Part shown: one piece after another, positions 1 to 10,281 of the stretch
Layout: the number at the start of each line of letters is the position of its first letter
How positions within the stretch are numbered: position 1 is the first letter of the stretch
Source: Longimicrobiales bacterium
Lineage (GTDB): Bacteria; Gemmatimonadota; Gemmatimonadetes; Longimicrobiales; Gaopeijiaceae
Reading direction: 5' to 3'
NCBI GenBank assembly: GCA_965203485.1
Contig: OZ241892.1
Coordinates: 64,001-128,000 of the forward strand
Length of the DNA: 64,000 bases
Position numbers and translations under genes: made by a program
The notes under the pieces: generated by a model
Told to the model about the DNA's origin: nothing
Database searches by the model: none
The model's input: the letters and a program-made list of their open reading frames with translations, nothing else

Positions 1-1356
1 CGCCGCGTCGAGCTGCCCGGGCGCGACCAAGCCCGTCTCCTCGGCCACGTCGCGCACCGAACGCCCTTCGCGGGCCGCCTTCTTCGCAATCTCGGCCGCC
101 CGGTCGTATCCCAGCGCCGCGTTGAGCGCCGTGGCAATGGCCGGATTGCGCTCCAGGAGCTCCTTGGCCCGCTCCGGCCGCGCCCGGATCCCGTCCACGC
201 AACGCTCCGCGAAGGCCGCCGAAGCGTTCGCCAGTAGCGCCACCGACTCGAGCAGCGCGTCGGCGATGACCGGCATCATGACGTTCAGTTCGAAGTTGCT
301 CCTGTGCCCCGCGAACGTCACCGTCGCCGCATTGCCGGCCACGCGCGCGCACGCCATCATCAACGCCTCCGCCATCACGGGGTTGACCTTTCCCGGCATG
401 ATCGAGCTGCCCGGCTGGACCGCCGGCAGTTGGATCTCGGCGATGCCGGAGGTGGGACCGCTCGCCAGCCAGCGCACGTCGTTGGCGATCTTGGTCAGGC
501 TGGCGGCGACGGTGTTGAGCGCGCCGGCGAGCGACACGCAGGCGTCCTTGGCGCCTTGCGCCTCGAAGTGATCCTCGGCCTCGCGAAAGTCGAAGCCGTA
601 GCGGGCCGACAGCCTGGCGATGGTGCGCCCGGCGAACTCCGGGTGCGCGTTGATGCCCGTGCCCGTGGCCGTCCCGCCCAGCGGCAGCTCGGCCAAGTCG
701 GCGCACGCGGCGTGAAGCCGGCCCGTCCCCTTTTCCATCTGCCGGGCGTAGCCCCCGAACTCTTGGCCGAGGCGAACCGGCGTGGCGTCCATGAGGTGCG
801 TCCGCCCCGACTTGACGACGTGGTCGAAGTCGCGCGCCTTCTTCGCGAGAGCGTCGCGCAGGCGGGCCATCGCCGGCAGCAGCTCGCCGCGCACGGCCGC
901 GACGCTGGCGAGGTGGATGGCCGTGGGAATCGTGTCGTTCGACGACTGGCCGTAGTTGACGTCGTCGTTGGGATGGACGGGCGGTCCCGCGCCGTCGCCG
1001 AGGCGCCGGTTCGCGAGCGCCGCGATCACCTCGTTGGCGTTCATGTTGGTGGACGTGCCCGAGCCCGTCTGGAAGACGTCCAGGGGGAACTCGGCGTCCC
1101 AATCTCCGCGCCCGACTTCGGCGGCCGCTTCCGCAATCGCGGCAGCCCGCTCCGGCGCCAGCAACCCTAGTTCGCCGTTCGTCTCGGCGGCCGCCTGCTT
1201 CAAGCGTCCCACGGCCTCGATGAAGCGTCTGCCGAAGCGCCGCCCGCTGATGGGAAAGTTCTCGACTGCCCTCTGCGTCTGCGCCCCGTACAGCGCATCC
1301 GCCGGCACCCTGACTTCGCCCAGGGAGTCCCGCTCGGTTCGGAACGATTCGCTCAT
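1..1356 (-). CDS. fumC: Class II fumarate hydratase (3' end runs off the window)
   Basis: Reverse strand reads [38 protein letters not shown] and contains the signature [11 protein letters not shown] (~379-411). Absent from the ORF track because no stop lies in the window. Confidence 0.95.
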   Translation of the reverse strand, partial: MSESFRTERDSLGEVRVPADALYGAQTQRAVENFPISGRRFGRRFIEAVGRLKQAAAETNGELGLLAPERAAAIAEAAAEVGRGDWDAEFPLDVFQTGSGTSTNMNANEVIAALANRRLGDGAGPPVHPNDDVNYGQSSNDTIPTAIHLASVAAVRGELLPAMARLRDALAKKARDFDHVVKSGRTHLMDATPVRLGQEFGGYARQMEKGTGRLHAACADLAELPLGGTATGTGINAHPEFAGRTIARLSARYGFDFREAEDHFEAQGAKDACVSLAGALNTVAASLTKIANDVRWLASGPTSGIAEIQLPAVQPGSSIMPGKVNPVMAEALMMACARVAGNAATVTFAGHRSNFELNVMMPVIADALLESVALLANASAAFAERCVDGIRARPERAKELLERNPAIATALNAALGYDRAAEIAKKAAREGRSVRDVAEETGLVAPGQLDAA

Positions 1357-1412
1357 GCGGCCGCCTTCGTTCGGTGGTGGCAGTGTCCGGCAAGGAAGCG
1401 CAAATTCTCTTG

Positions 1413-4400
1413 ATGCGCCACGCCATGCAAGTTGCTGAACCGGCGCGGCGGCGAGACTCCCGAAGCCGGCGTTCGCCGCCGCCCGGGCGCCGCTCGACGA
1501 CATCCCCGTCCTACGCGCCGGGCGCCCGCGTCGTGGTCCGGGACGCGGAGTGGATCGTGCGGCGCGTGGACGCGACGCCGGACGGCGGCCAGCAACTGAC
1601 TTGCGACGGCGTTTCCGAACTCGTGCGCGAGCGCGAGGCGGTGTTCTTGACGCGGCTGGAGCCGCAGATCGAGGTACTGGACCCGGCGCGGACGCGGCTG
1701 GTGCCCGACGATTCGCCGCAGTTCGCCGACAGCCGCTTGTACATGGAGAGCCTGTTGCGCCAGGCCGTCCCCAGCGACGCGCGCGTCCATGTGGGCCACC
1801 TCGGCGCCATGGACTCGGTGGACTACCAGCTGGACCCGGCGCGGCAAGCGCTTCGGCAGCCCCGCCAACGCATTCTCATTGCGGACTCGGTGGGGCTCGG
1901 CAAGACGCTCGAAGCGGGCGTCCTCGTCAGCGAGCTGATCGCTCGCGGACGGGGCCGCAGAATTCTCGTGCTGGCGCTCAAGAGCATGCTGACGCAGTTC
2001 CAAAAGGAGTTCTGGAACCGGTTCACAATTCCGCTCACGCGGCTGGATTCGGTCGGCATTCAGCGCGTGCGGCGGCGGATTCCCACCAGCCACAACCCGT
2101 TCCACTACTACGACAAGTCGATCATCTCCATCGACACGCTCAAGCAGGACAGGGAATACCGGACGTACTTGGAGCAGGCGTACTGGGACGTGATCGTCAT
2201 CGACGAAGCGCACAACGTGGCCGACCGCGGCACCGGGTCGCTTCGGAGCCGGCTGGCCCGCTTGCTGGCTCGGCGCTCCGACACCCTGATCATGCTCACG
2301 GCGACGCCGCACGACGGAAAGGCGCGCAGCTTCGCCAGCCTCGTGAACATGCTGGACGCCACCGCCATCACCGACCCGGAGGACTTTCGGCCCGAGGACT
2401 TTCGCGACAAGGGGCTGGTGATTCGGCGCTTCAAGAAGGACATCCGCGCGGACGTGCGCGAGGCGTTTCGGGACCGCGAAGTGCATCGCATAAGGTTCCC
2501 CGCCTCGGCGAAGGAGGAACGGGCCTACGCGGCGCTCTTGGCGGTGAAGGTGGCGAGGGCGGGCGGGGCGCGGGCTTCGGCGGGCTCGGGAGAGAAGGCA
2601 GGCGGCGGGGTCTTGACGGGCTCGGGAGCAAAGGCAGGCGACTCGATGGCGAACGCCGGCGGCCAAGTCCATCGCGACCTCTTCTTGGTCACACTCGAGA
2701 AGGCCATCTTCTCCAGTCCGGCCGCGTGCTTGGCCACGGTGAACAAGCGCATTCGGCGGCGCGAAAAGGAACTCGACGAAAGGGAGCCGGACCAAAGCGC
2801 GGCTGACGGGACCGGCGCGGCGCCTGCCGTTGCGGTGGCTGCCGAAGTTGGCGCCGAAGTGGCCTCCTTGCGCGCGCTGCAGGAGGCATTGGCCGTGATC
2901 GAGCCGGGCGACTACGCCAAGTACCAGGCTCTGCTGGACGCAATTCGGGGCGGACGGCCGTTCAAGTGGAAGGCCAGAGGCCCTGGGGCGGAGGAGGATC
3001 GGCTGGTCGTGTTCACCGAGCGGATCGAGACGTTGCATTGGTTGCGCAAGCATCTTGCGCAAGACCTTGGGCTCGGCAATGACCAAGTGGCCGTTCTGCA
3101 CGGGACCATGAGCGACGTGGATCAGCAACGCGTGGTGGAGGACTTCGGCAACGCCAAGCGTCCCGTCCGGCTATTGCTTTGCTCGGACGTCGCTTCCGAG
3201 GGCATCAATCTGCACTACCACTGCCACCGCCTGATTCACTTCGACATGCCGTGGTCGCTGATGGTCTTTCAGCAGCGCAACGGGCGCGTGGACCGCTACG
3301 GCCAGAAGCGTCGGCCGCAGATCGTCTACTTGGTCGCCGAGAGCACGAACGAGAGGATCCAGGGCGACACGCGCATCCTCGAAATCCTGGAAGCAAAGGA
3401 CGAACAGGCGTACAAGAACATCGGCGACCCGGCGACCTTCATGAACGTTCACGACGTCTCCGCTGAAGAGGAGATCACGGCCAAGGCAATGTCGGACGGG
3501 GAAGAGGCCGACGACTTCGACGCCCGCCTCCAGCCCAAGTCGAACGAGGGAGAGGACTTGCTGGCGCTGTTCCTGGGGACGGCGGGCGGCGCGGGCGAGC
3601 CAGGACCGACAACCGACTCCCTGGAACCGTCGCCGGAGCTTGGACCGCCTGCCCCGCCGCTGTCGCTGTTCGCCGACGACTTGGCGTACTGCGAACAAGC
3701 GCTTCACCGCCTTCGGACGCGGAACCACGCATGGCGCTTCGAGGCGGCCGCCGACTCGGGTTCGCTGACGCTCGACGCCCCGGACGACCTGCTCCACCGC
3801 TTCGATCCGTTCCCTCGGGAGGTGATCCCGCAGGACGGACGCTTTCGCCTGACGACGGATCGCGAGCGCATCGGCGAGGCCATCGTCGAGAGCCGCCGCG
3901 ACGAGCACGCCTGGCCGAAGCTCCACTACCTCTGGCGGCTGAACCCGGTGGTCGGATGGCTGAACGACCGAATGCTGGCCGCCTTCGGCCGACACCAAGC
4001 GCCCGTCATGGCCGGAACGCCGCAGTTGGCCGACGACGAGGCCGTGTTCGTGCTGTCCGGGATGGTGCCGAACCGCAAGAGCCATCCGCTGGTGCACGAG
4101 TGGGTCGCCGTGACGTTCCGAGGCGGGGAGCGGGCCGGGATCGAGACCTTCCAAGCACTGCTGGACCGGACGGGCCTGAAGGAGCGGGCGGCGCCGAACA
4201 GGAACATTCCGCCCGACTTGGATGCGTTGCAGAAGCTGTTGCCGGACGCCGTCCAGCGGGCGAAGGAATGGCTCGACGGGCAACGGCAGGCGTTCGAGGA
4301 ACGAATGGACGCGCAGCTCAACCGGGAGCTTGCGGCGCTGGAAGACCTCAAGGCGCGCCGCATCGAACAGCTTGCCATCAAGCTGGAACGGTCGCAGAGA

Positions 4401-4550
4401 ACCGAGGCGTTCAAGGCGCACCAGCGCTCCACCGGCGAGCAGGAGATCAAGCAGATGTTCGACGACTACCTGGAGTGGGTTGAAGACACGATGACACTGG
4501 AGCGCCAGCCGTACATCAAGGTCGTCTGCGTGATGGCGGGCGGGCGTTGA
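1413..4550 (+). CDS. SNF2-family helicase, DISARM DrmD-like
   Basis: Motifs [46 protein letters not shown]-terminal [12 protein letters not shown]. Start uncertain (GTG 1374, ATG 1413 or 1425). Confidence 0.88.
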   Translation: MRHAMQVAEPARRRDSRSRRSPPPGRRSTTSPSYAPGARVVVRDAEWIVRRVDATPDGGQQLTCDGVSELVREREAVFLTRLEPQIEVLDPARTRLVPDDSPQFADSRLYMESLLRQAVPSDARVHVGHLGAMDSVDYQLDPARQALRQPRQRILIADSVGLGKTLEAGVLVSELIARGRGRRILVLALKSMLTQFQKEFWNRFTIPLTRLDSVGIQRVRRRIPTSHNPFHYYDKSIISIDTLKQDREYRTYLEQAYWDVIVIDEAHNVADRGTGSLRSRLARLLARRSDTLIMLTATPHDGKARSFASLVNMLDATAITDPEDFRPEDFRDKGLVIRRFKKDIRADVREAFRDREVHRIRFPASAKEERAYAALLAVKVARAGGARASAGSGEKAGGGVLTGSGAKAGDSMANAGGQVHRDLFLVTLEKAIFSSPAACLATVNKRIRRREKELDEREPDQSAADGTGAAPAVAVAAEVGAEVASLRALQEALAVIEPGDYAKYQALLDAIRGGRPFKWKARGPGAEEDRLVVFTERIETLHWLRKHLAQDLGLGNDQVAVLHGTMSDVDQQRVVEDFGNAKRPVRLLLCSDVASEGINLHYHCHRLIHFDMPWSLMVFQQRNGRVDRYGQKRRPQIVYLVAESTNERIQGDTRILEILEAKDEQAYKNIGDPATFMNVHDVSAEEEITAKAMSDGEEADDFDARLQPKSNEGEDLLALFLGTAGGAGEPGPTTDSLEPSPELGPPAPPLSLFADDLAYCEQALHRLRTRNHAWRFEAAADSGSLTLDAPDDLLHRFDPFPREVIPQDGRFRLTTDRERIGEAIVESRRDEHAWPKLHYLWRLNPVVGWLNDRMLAAFGRHQAPVMAGTPQLADDEAVFVLSGMVPNRKSHPLVHEWVAVTFRGGERAGIETFQALLDRTGLKERAAPNRNIPPDLDALQKLLPDAVQRAKEWLDGQRQAFEERMDAQLNRELAALEDLKARRIEQLAIKLERSQRTEAFKAHQRSTGEQEIKQMFDDYLEWVEDTMTLERQPYIKVVCVMAGGR

Positions 4551-4662
4551 AGACACATGCCGCACGAAGCTGGCCGTGCGGTCCCCGCTTCGCCCCACGC
4601 CCAACCCCTCGCCTTGACCCGCTTCCACCTCCGGCGCCATCGTTCCTGTCGCGATCCCGGAC

Positions 4663-4704
4663 GTCTCATCTTGATTGTCGCCAGGGTCTCATCCTGACTG
4701 TCGC
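4663..4704. repeat. 19-bp direct repeat pair, period 23
   Basis: gtctcatcttgattgtcgc (4663-4681) and gtctcatcctgactgtcgc (4686-4704), 17/19 identical. Confidence 0.75.
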
Positions 4705-4710
4705 TCTACA

Positions 4711-4742
4711 CCACAACGAGAACGAGTTCTAACAGCCACCAC
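4711..4742 (+). repeat. Orphan copy of the methyltransferase 5' coding sequence (direct repeat of 11664-11694)
   Basis: ccacaacgagaacgagttct-a-acagccaccac versus ccacaacgagaacgagttct-acagccaccac; identical except one extra A that creates TAA after HNENEF. Confidence 0.9.
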
Positions 4743-4769
4743 ATCACGAATCCACACAAGGAGGCGTTC

Positions 4770-5963
4770 ATGAACCGCTTCATCCTCAACCTGCTGGCCG
4801 GCGCGACCGCCGCTGTTGTCCGCCGCGCGGCTCCGTCCGCTCTTGCCGCCGCCTGCGTCTTGACCGACGCCGTGCCCGCCCGCGCGCATCAACTGGAGCT
4901 GTGGGCCTTGGCCGACCCTCCGCTCTTCGAAGTGGGGCGGGGCGGGGGCGACGGCGTGCTCTTTGAGTACGTGGGAGACGCCGCTGTCATGGCCGACGGG
5001 AGCGTGCTGGTGGCGGACGCCGGGCCGCGCCGAATCCTTCGGTTTTCCCCGGGCGGAGAGGCGATGGCCGTCTTGGGCGGGACGGGGCGGGGACCGGGCG
5101 AGTTCGGGTGGCTCCAGCATGTTTTCGCGCACGGCGACACGATCATTGCCTACGATTCGTCCTTGCGGCGCGTGACCGCATGGCGCCCCGGCGTGGACGA
5201 TCCGGAAGTCCATTCGCTGCCTCAGATGGACGGCGTTCCTGCGACGTTGAAGGCGGTTGTCTCGTCAAGGACATGGCTTCTCGAGCGCAACAGATACCCG
5301 TCGCTGGGTGGGACCGGCGGCTTGAAGGAACGTCGGCGCGAACTCTTGTCCTTCGATTCCTTCGCGGACGAGTCGGCGTCGCTCGGATCCCGGCTCGTGG
5401 CCTACGACTACGCACACCAGATCGAAGGCGGGTCCATGACGAACAGCGTACCGTTCCTTGGCCGCGCGCATGTCGTGGCGGTCGCGGGGAAGTGGGTGTT
5501 CGCGCCGATGGAAGAGGCGGTGCTCGAGATATGGACATCGCAAGGCCGCTCGCCCGAGCGCCGCATGGCCTTGCCCGTCGAGCGGCCCCGGTACGACCGG
5601 GCGGCGATTCGAGCGTTGCGAGACGAGGAGGCGTCGGCACGGTCCGGCGAGGACGCGCAGCAGGTCCAGAGGGAGTTCGACGGCGTGCTCGGCGAACTCC
5701 CTCCGCTTGCGCCCGCCGTCCACCGGATGGTGCGGATGGGGAGCGACGTGTGGGTTCAGCCGTTCTCGCCCGGCTTGGACGGCGAACCGGAATGGTTGGT
5801 GGTGGACGTCGCCGCGGGAACGGTGCGGGCCACCGTCTCCGTGGACCCAGACCTGACGTTGCTGGCCGGTTCGGACGAGGTTGCTGTGCTCCTGGGCCAG
5901 ACGGCGGCGTTGGAGCAGCAGTTCGTCCAAGTGCGCAGGGTCGTGCGAGCGCCAAGCCCGTGA
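4770..5963 (+). CDS. Secreted 6-bladed beta-propeller-like protein
   Basis: RBS aaggagg; hydrophobic N-terminus; GGTGRGPGEF and DTIIAYD motifs; paralog of 6349-7494. Confidence 0.75.
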   Translation: MNRFILNLLAGATAAVVRRAAPSALAAACVLTDAVPARAHQLELWALADPPLFEVGRGGGDGVLFEYVGDAAVMADGSVLVADAGPRRILRFSPGGEAMAVLGGTGRGPGEFGWLQHVFAHGDTIIAYDSSLRRVTAWRPGVDDPEVHSLPQMDGVPATLKAVVSSRTWLLERNRYPSLGGTGGLKERRRELLSFDSFADESASLGSRLVAYDYAHQIEGGSMTNSVPFLGRAHVVAVAGKWVFAPMEEAVLEIWTSQGRSPERRMALPVERPRYDRAAIRALRDEEASARSGEDAQQVQREFDGVLGELPPLAPAVHRMVRMGSDVWVQPFSPGLDGEPEWLVVDVAAGTVRATVSVDPDLTLLAGSDEVAVLLGQTAALEQQFVQVRRVVRAPSP

Positions 5964-5968
5964 GCGGC

Positions 5969-6145
5969 TGGTCCACTGCCGCCGAAGCCGCGGATGTGGC
6001 CTTGCGGGCCCGGGGCGGGCAACTGGTCCTCACCCACGTGTCGGCCCGTTGCTCGGACGCGCCCCGACTTCTCGAACGGCAAGCGCGCAAGGTGCTCTCG
6101 GCCTCGATAGTGGCTCCCGACGGCCTCTTGGTGGAGCTTGGCTAC
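5969..6145 (+). pseudogene. C-terminal fragment of ribonuclease Z
   Basis: Translates as STAAEAADVALRARGGQLVLTHVSARCSDAPRLLERQARKVLSASIVAPDGLLVEL, matching the RNase Z C-terminal pattern HST-EAA..LxLTHxSxRY..AxDG. No N-terminal half or start. Confidence 0.65.
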
Positions 6146-6348
6146 GGGATTATTGGCCGGGTTGCGGCGTGTTCTTGCTTGAGCGGATTGGCAACCGCGT
6201 TGGATATTGCGTCTTTGGCGCGGCAGATGTTCCACACTACCTTAGGAGGGCGGGGACGGACGGCGTGCCGGACGCCCTGGCCGACCGCGTGTTCCGCTTG
6301 CAACTGCGATCCGCCGAGTTGCAGATGCGTCGAAATCTCGCCCGGTCA

Positions 6349-7494
6349 ATGACGTTTCCGACGGCTGGCGTCGCGTGTGCGCTGGGTCTTGTCGCGTGTG
6401 CTCAGGGTGCGAATGCCTTGTGGCTCGCCCAGCTTCCGCAGTGGCGCTTGGCCGATCCGCCCATCGCGGAGGTCGGCCTGGGCGACGGCGTTTTGTTCGG
6501 CAACGTTGAGGGCGCTGCGGCCATGGCCGATGGAAGCGTGTTGATCAGGGACTGGCAATCGTCCGAAATCGTGCGACTGTCCCCGGTCGGCGACGTCATG
6601 GAAGTCTTGGGCGGACCTGGAGACGGGCCGGGCGAGTTTCGGGCTCTCCGAAGGGTGTTCGCGCTGGGCGACACGATCGTGGCTTACGACTCCAATTTGT
6701 CTCGGGTGACGGTTTGGCGGCCTGGAGGCGGAGCACCGGAGATCCATTCGTTGCCCCAGCTCGACGGATCTCCGGCGGATCTGAAGGCGGTGCTGTCGTC
6801 GAACACATGGATTCTCGAGGAAAATCTTGGTGTGTCGAGGGACGACGAGGCAGGACTGAAGGAGCGGCGAAGCGAACTGTGGTTCTTCGACGTCGAGACG
6901 GGAGATTCCGAGTCCATGGGCACGCGGCATGTGGCTTATGACTTCGTGCACCACCTTGAATTCGGAATTGCGTCGTACAGCGTCCCGTTTCTTGGAACGG
7001 CTCACGTTGCATCCGTAGCCGGAATGGGGCTCTTCATTGGCATGGACGACGTCTCTCTCGAGGTGTGGTCGCTCGAACGCGGTGAGCCGGAGCGGCGCGT
7101 CTTGTTGCCGATCGGTCGATCTCGATACAGCCGCGACGCGATTCGTGCTGCGCGAGACGAGGCGTTGTCTGGAGTCTCCGGCGAGCATGCGGCTTTGGTC
7201 CGAGAACGGTTCAATGGCGTGCTCGGAGACCTGCCGCCCCTGGCTCCGCCGGTGCAGAGGATTGTGCGGGTAGGCGAAGATGCGTGGATCCAGCCCTTCG
7301 CTACGGACACTGGAGTCGCCGAATGGATCGTCGTGCGTCCGCTCTCGGCGAGCGTGGTGGCCACTGCGGCCGTCGATCCGAGCATGAGACTCCTTGCCGG
7401 CTCCGGTGACGTGGCCGTGCTCCTGGGCGAGACAGAGGGCCTCGGGGAGCAGTTTGTGCAGTTGCGACGGATCGTTCGAGACCCGCCCGATTGA
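6349..7494 (+). CDS. Secreted or lipoprotein 6-bladed beta-propeller-like protein (paralog of 4770-5963)
   Basis: ATG 6349, LGLVAC lipobox-like; GGPGDGPGEF, DTIVAYD; collinear similarity with the upstream paralog. Confidence 0.75.
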   Translation: MTFPTAGVACALGLVACAQGANALWLAQLPQWRLADPPIAEVGLGDGVLFGNVEGAAAMADGSVLIRDWQSSEIVRLSPVGDVMEVLGGPGDGPGEFRALRRVFALGDTIVAYDSNLSRVTVWRPGGGAPEIHSLPQLDGSPADLKAVLSSNTWILEENLGVSRDDEAGLKERRSELWFFDVETGDSESMGTRHVAYDFVHHLEFGIASYSVPFLGTAHVASVAGMGLFIGMDDVSLEVWSLERGEPERRVLLPIGRSRYSRDAIRAARDEALSGVSGEHAALVRERFNGVLGDLPPLAPPVQRIVRVGEDAWIQPFATDTGVAEWIVVRPLSASVVATAAVDPSMRLLAGSGDVAVLLGETEGLGEQFVQLRRIVRDPPD

Positions 7495-7517
7495 CCCGCG
7501 CAGGCATCGCAGTGGCG

Positions 7518-7583
7518 TACTTCAGGCAGGAAGTCGTGGATCGTGCGGGGGTTCGCTATCCAGCATCAGTGTCGGGCAACTGA
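7518..7583 (+). pseudogene. 3' remnant of a minimal nucleotidyltransferase (MNT) gene, duplicate of 10023-10088
   Basis: YFRQEVVDRAGVRYPASVSGN* versus YFRQEVMDRAEVRYPAPVSDD* at 10023-10088. Confidence 0.7.
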
Positions 7584-7794
7584 CGCGTCCAGATACGACC
7601 GCCGTAGTCACGACGGCTTCCTGACGCTCGGGTGCCGGCAACCTCCGATTCTCCGTGTGAAAGTCGTGAGCTTCCACGAGATGTGCGAAGACTTCCTCCA
7701 GGCCTTCATGCGGCATGCTGGCGATCAGCAGGCCGCAGGCATGGCGCAAGAAGGCGTCACGCTCGCTATCGACAGGTCGCCAAGTCGCTGACAT
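7522..7794 (-). CDS. Small hypothetical protein (~90 aa)
   Basis: ATG 7794 preceded by ggag; protein-like composition (MSATWRPVDSERDAFLRHACGLLIASMPHEGLEEVF). Its 3' end overlaps the MNT remnant. Confidence 0.4.
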   Translation of the reverse strand: MSATWRPVDSERDAFLRHACGLLIASMPHEGLEEVFAHLVEAHDFHTENRRLPAPERQEAVVTTAVVSGRVSCPTLMLDSEPPHDPRLPA

Positions 7795-7922
7795 GATGTC
7801 CGTCTCCCCCGGAGATGGTGGCGTGGAAGTCCGCATCCAAGAAGTCCTGACCGTCTATGACAGGCACCGTTGCGTCAAGCTCCGCCTCGGAAGGTGCCGG
7901 GAAATCCCGACCGTCGGCGTCC

Positions 7923-7991
7923 GGACACCACTCTGGACATCACCACTTGCGAAACGGGACATTCGCCTGTACATTTCAAACATGCGAAATC
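7923..7991 (+). repeat. GGACA-motif family, two tandem units
   Basis: ggaca-ccactct-ggacatcaccacttg-cgaaacg followed by ggaca-ttcgcct-gtacatttca-aacatg-cgaaatc. Confidence 0.7.
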
Positions 7992-8001
7992 GATGCTTCC
8001 C

Positions 8002-8567
8002 ATGACCCCACGCGCCTACCAGACCAGCCACCCCTGGATCCGCTTCTCGATCGACCTGGGCCGGGCGTCGCCGCGGCTCTGGGCTCTGCTGGGGCAGGCC
8101 GTGGCCTTCTGCGAGCAGGTTTCGGGGGCCGTCTTGCCGCCGCGCGCCGCCCAGGAGCTCTACCGGACGTACCTCGTCAAGGGCGCCAGGGCGACCACCG
8201 CCATCGAGAACAACACGCTGACCGAGGAGCAGGTGGGCCGGGCGCTGGACGGCGCTCTCGACTGCCGCCGTCGCAGGAGTACTTGGGACGGGAAGTGCGC
8301 AACATCTTGGACGCCTGCAATAGCATCTGCGACCAGATCAGGGGCGGTAGCCCTCCGCGGCTCACGCGAGAGTGGATCGCCGACGCCAACCGGGCCGTGC
8401 TCGATGGACTGGAGGAGGTGCTGGGAGAGGGGGTCGTTCCGGGGGAGGTTCCCGCCTTTCGGGTCGGGGTCGGTCGGTATCGAGCCGCGCCGAGGGAGGA
8501 CTGCGACTACCTGCTGGACCGCCTTTGCCGGTGGCTGGACGAGGACGACGTGCCGGGTCCGAGTTGA
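8002..8567 (+). pseudogene. Frameshifted, truncated duplicate of the Fic gene 5' half
   Basis: Closely similar to 10282-10844; 1-nt deletion near 8262 (gactgccg versus gacctgccg); ends before the catalytic HPxxDGNGR motif. Confidence 0.9.
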
Positions 8568-8604
8568 CTGCTTCAGTATCAACGCTGGATCGGAAGGAGC
8601 CTTC

Positions 8605-8865
8605 ATGCCAATCTGGAGCGACATACTTAAGGAATTAGCTGAGGCAACTCCACAAGGGGAGCCTCTGGCCTTTGACGTAGTCCGCAGGAGATATCTCGCA
8701 CAGTTGCACAAGCATTCCGAGCGCAACGTTATTCTGTACGCATCCGCGTGGCTCCAGACCTACATGTTTAGAGAAGAGAACGATTCGTCCCAAAGAGCTG
8801 AATCGATTGCGGAGAGGCTTGCCGATCACAGGGGAGTTCGGGAGCCATAGCAGACATCTGTCAGT
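8605..8865 (+). pseudogene. Internally deleted SDH/S49-like Clp-fold serine protease
   Basis: RBS ggaaggag. MPIWSDILKEL..FDVVRRRYLAQLHKHSERNVILYASAWLQ is joined directly to YMF..AESIAERLADH and, after a +1 shift, EFGSHSRHLS; the catalytic middle is missing. Confidence 0.6.
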
Positions 8866-8937
8866 TAGGCTTTAGTGTCGGGCAACACGGCCCGGCACCA
8901 CCACACCCCAAGGCCTCTGGACCAGAAAGGCGATGCG

Positions 8938-9870
8938 ATGACTGGCGGTCCAACGAAGAAGGTTCGGGGCCGAACACTCGTGTCAGCAGTAACGACAACT
9001 ACTATTGATGCGACGATTCAAGCGGCATCTGCACATCTCGGTTTTCCTCTAGAGTCGGGCATATCTCAGCTGGCAACAACATTCTGTGGAAACCTGATGA
9101 AGGAAAACCTGATAGCAGTGCTGACAAAGGCACTAGATTACTGCAACAGAGATCCCCACCGGAAAGCAGACACGATAGGCGATCCAATGACCACTCGGGA
9201 GCTTATCGAGGGGGCGGCGAGGGCTGGATCAGAATCAGAGCAAGAACTGTTTGCACGGGTTCTGGCAGGCGAATTCGAAAATCCAGGCACAACACAAAAA
9301 CGACTTGTTGCAACGATTAAAGAACTAGACAAGTCAGAAGCCCAACTGTTTATCGACAGCATGGAGACTGCTGTCAATGGCGTCTTCTACTGCCGTGACA
9401 TAAAAGAAGCACCATCCTTCCAGGACTTAGAGTGCCTCCACGAGGCTGGACTGTTGACAACCCCACATCGAGGGCTTGGAAGTTCATTCTTTCACCCCAC
9501 GGCGGAGGTCACACGAATGCCCGGAACGTATGACCTAATACCAATGTTTGCGTGGGCAGCCAGTATACCCATGAAACAGCTGGTTCTTGAAGAGGTTCAC
9601 CGCCTATCACTCATGGGACACCAGCTCCGCAAGTGCTTAAAAAGAGGACCGTCGATGGCCACAACAAAAAGCTTGGTAGAGAGCTTGGCGGCGAAAAACG
9701 TCGATGTGTACCTTTGCTACCCTGTAACTCAAGAAGAACTCATTGGCCACCCCCTGGCAACAAAGATTGCAGGCCAACCAAACCATCTGGCATTCAGGTG
9801 CCGTCGTGCCCAACAGGTTCTTGCCGAGATGGAAAACCCAGAAGACAACCAAACCAAGGAGACCGAGTGA
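8938..9870 (+). CDS. DUF2806/Abi-alpha-like protein (AT-richer, foreign)
   Basis: IEGAARAGSESEQELFARVLAGEFENPGTTQKRLVATIKELDKSEAQLF pattern; visibly lower GC than the flanks. Confidence 0.65.
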   Translation: MTGGPTKKVRGRTLVSAVTTTTIDATIQAASAHLGFPLESGISQLATTFCGNLMKENLIAVLTKALDYCNRDPHRKADTIGDPMTTRELIEGAARAGSESEQELFARVLAGEFENPGTTQKRLVATIKELDKSEAQLFIDSMETAVNGVFYCRDIKEAPSFQDLECLHEAGLLTTPHRGLGSSFFHPTAEVTRMPGTYDLIPMFAWAASIPMKQLVLEEVHRLSLMGHQLRKCLKRGPSMATTKSLVESLAAKNVDVYLCYPVTQEELIGHPLATKIAGQPNHLAFRCRRAQQVLAEMENPEDNQTKETE

Positions 9871-9899
9871 CGAAGACGCTGTGGGGTGCCGACCGGCCA

Positions 9900-10088
9900 C
9901 CTGTCCAGGCCCGGGCTATCGCCTACTTCGCGTTCTTCCGGCGGCATCCCGACTGGAGTGCGGCTTGGCCCGCATCTTCGGTGGACGCCGGGTCGATCTG
10001 CGGACCCGAAGACCTGAATCCCTACTTCAGGCAGGAGGTCATGGACCGTGCGGAGGTTCGCTATCCAGCACCCGTGTCGGACGACTAG
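9900..10088 (+). pseudogene. Frameshifted minimal nucleotidyltransferase (MNT-type antitoxin) remnant
   Basis: LARIFGGRRVDLRT in one frame continues as EDLNPYFRQEVMDRAEVRY in another; no intact start. Confidence 0.65.
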
Positions 10089-10095
10089 CGAAAAC

Positions 10096-10217
10096 GGACA
10101 AGGCGCCCGGACATTTTGAACCCGCGAAATCTGACGTGTCCGGCGGCGGCGGTTCTGGCTGGACATCGAGACTTGCGAAATTGGACAGCCATATGGACAT
10201 TTTGGACATGCGAAATC
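10096..10217 (+). repeat. GGACA-motif family cluster
   Basis: 10096-10131 ggaca-aggcgccc-ggacattttg-aacccg-cgaaatc; 10183-10217 ggaca-gccatat-ggacattttg-gacatg-cgaaatc; partial unit from 10161. Confidence 0.75.
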
Positions 10218-10281
10218 GACGGCGAGCGCGGACCGACGGCTGGCCGGCTGTTCGGCCCTTCTGTCCCCGACGCTTCCTCCC

